From Phoronis australis (lineage: Eukaryota > Animalia > Phoronida), in NCBI GenBank assembly GCA_002633005.1, contig NMRA01000638.1:1-64000 (forward strand): a DNA stretch of 64,000 bases, in the 5' to 3' direction. The notes beneath the pieces are model-generated. The model was not told the origin of the DNA. It was given only the letters and a program-made list of their open reading frames with translations, and did not search any database. Below are positions 63,699 to 64,000 of the stretch, one piece after another (within the stretch, counting starts at the first letter, position 1; every line of letters begins with the position of its first letter). Made by a program: the position numbers and the translations under genes.

Positions 63699-64000
63699 TT
63701 AACACCAAAAATTCGAAAGATTTCCAAGAGGAAACTACCTCACAACTCAACCATTTTAATTAAATAATCCTCACTGACAAGACTGGCCAAGCTGGAAAGT
63801 ACATATTAATCTTATTCAAGTTTTTGGGCCTAATGTATTCAAGGTTTCACACTGACCATGCAAAACATTGCCAGCAATGTGGCAGATGTACTTGTGTGAA
63901 CCACACAAGCCACTGCGTTACGTACAAACAGGTCATGAGATATGTTCATTTTTAATCACTAGTCAGGAAAAAAGCAGTTTCGGTTGGTGACAGAATCCAC

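Larger units (their letters stand above)
18214..64000 (-). other. MACF1: Spectraplakin gene (MACF1/dystonin/Shot family), 3' part; the gene continues beyond the right edge
   Basis: 21 exons with canonical GT/AG ends and matching phases, apart from one junction across an N gap. They encode spectrin repeats, an EF-hand ([13 protein letters not shown]), GAR ([25 protein letters not shown]), AKGRTN and a C-terminal SRIP. The symbol is family-level only; invertebrates typically have one MACF1/DST co-ortholog. Confidence 0.96.

Overview
This is animal genomic DNA, not prokaryotic: AT-rich, intron-rich and from a gapped assembly. A marine invertebrate bilaterian is inferred from the repeat types; the species cannot be determined. 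Positions 18.2-64 kb on the minus strand hold the 3' part of a spectraplakin gene (MACF1/dystonin/Shot family). I traced 21 GT-AG exons by hand, covering spectrin repeats, an EF-hand, a GAS2-related (GAR) domain and a Ser/Arg/Thr-rich tail with an SxIP motif. Phases agree at every junction except one, where an EF-hand exon is predicted to lie in an N gap. The introns and flank are densely packed with often nested mobile elements: Helentron-associated (HINE-like) tandem-array elements, TA-target TIR elements carrying a HIRAN-like remnant, TTAA Kolobok elements (THAP plus KolX/P2X7-tail-like remnants), piggyBac, an AT-TSD element, 6-bp-TSD CAGGG elements, and Ty3/gypsy, Penelope and L1/Tx1 relics. 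The most striking observation is that nearly every monomer of the HINE arrays carries a near-consensus CTCF motif (about 35 by eye, all on the + strand). All coordinates and translations were read by eye; no database searches were run.
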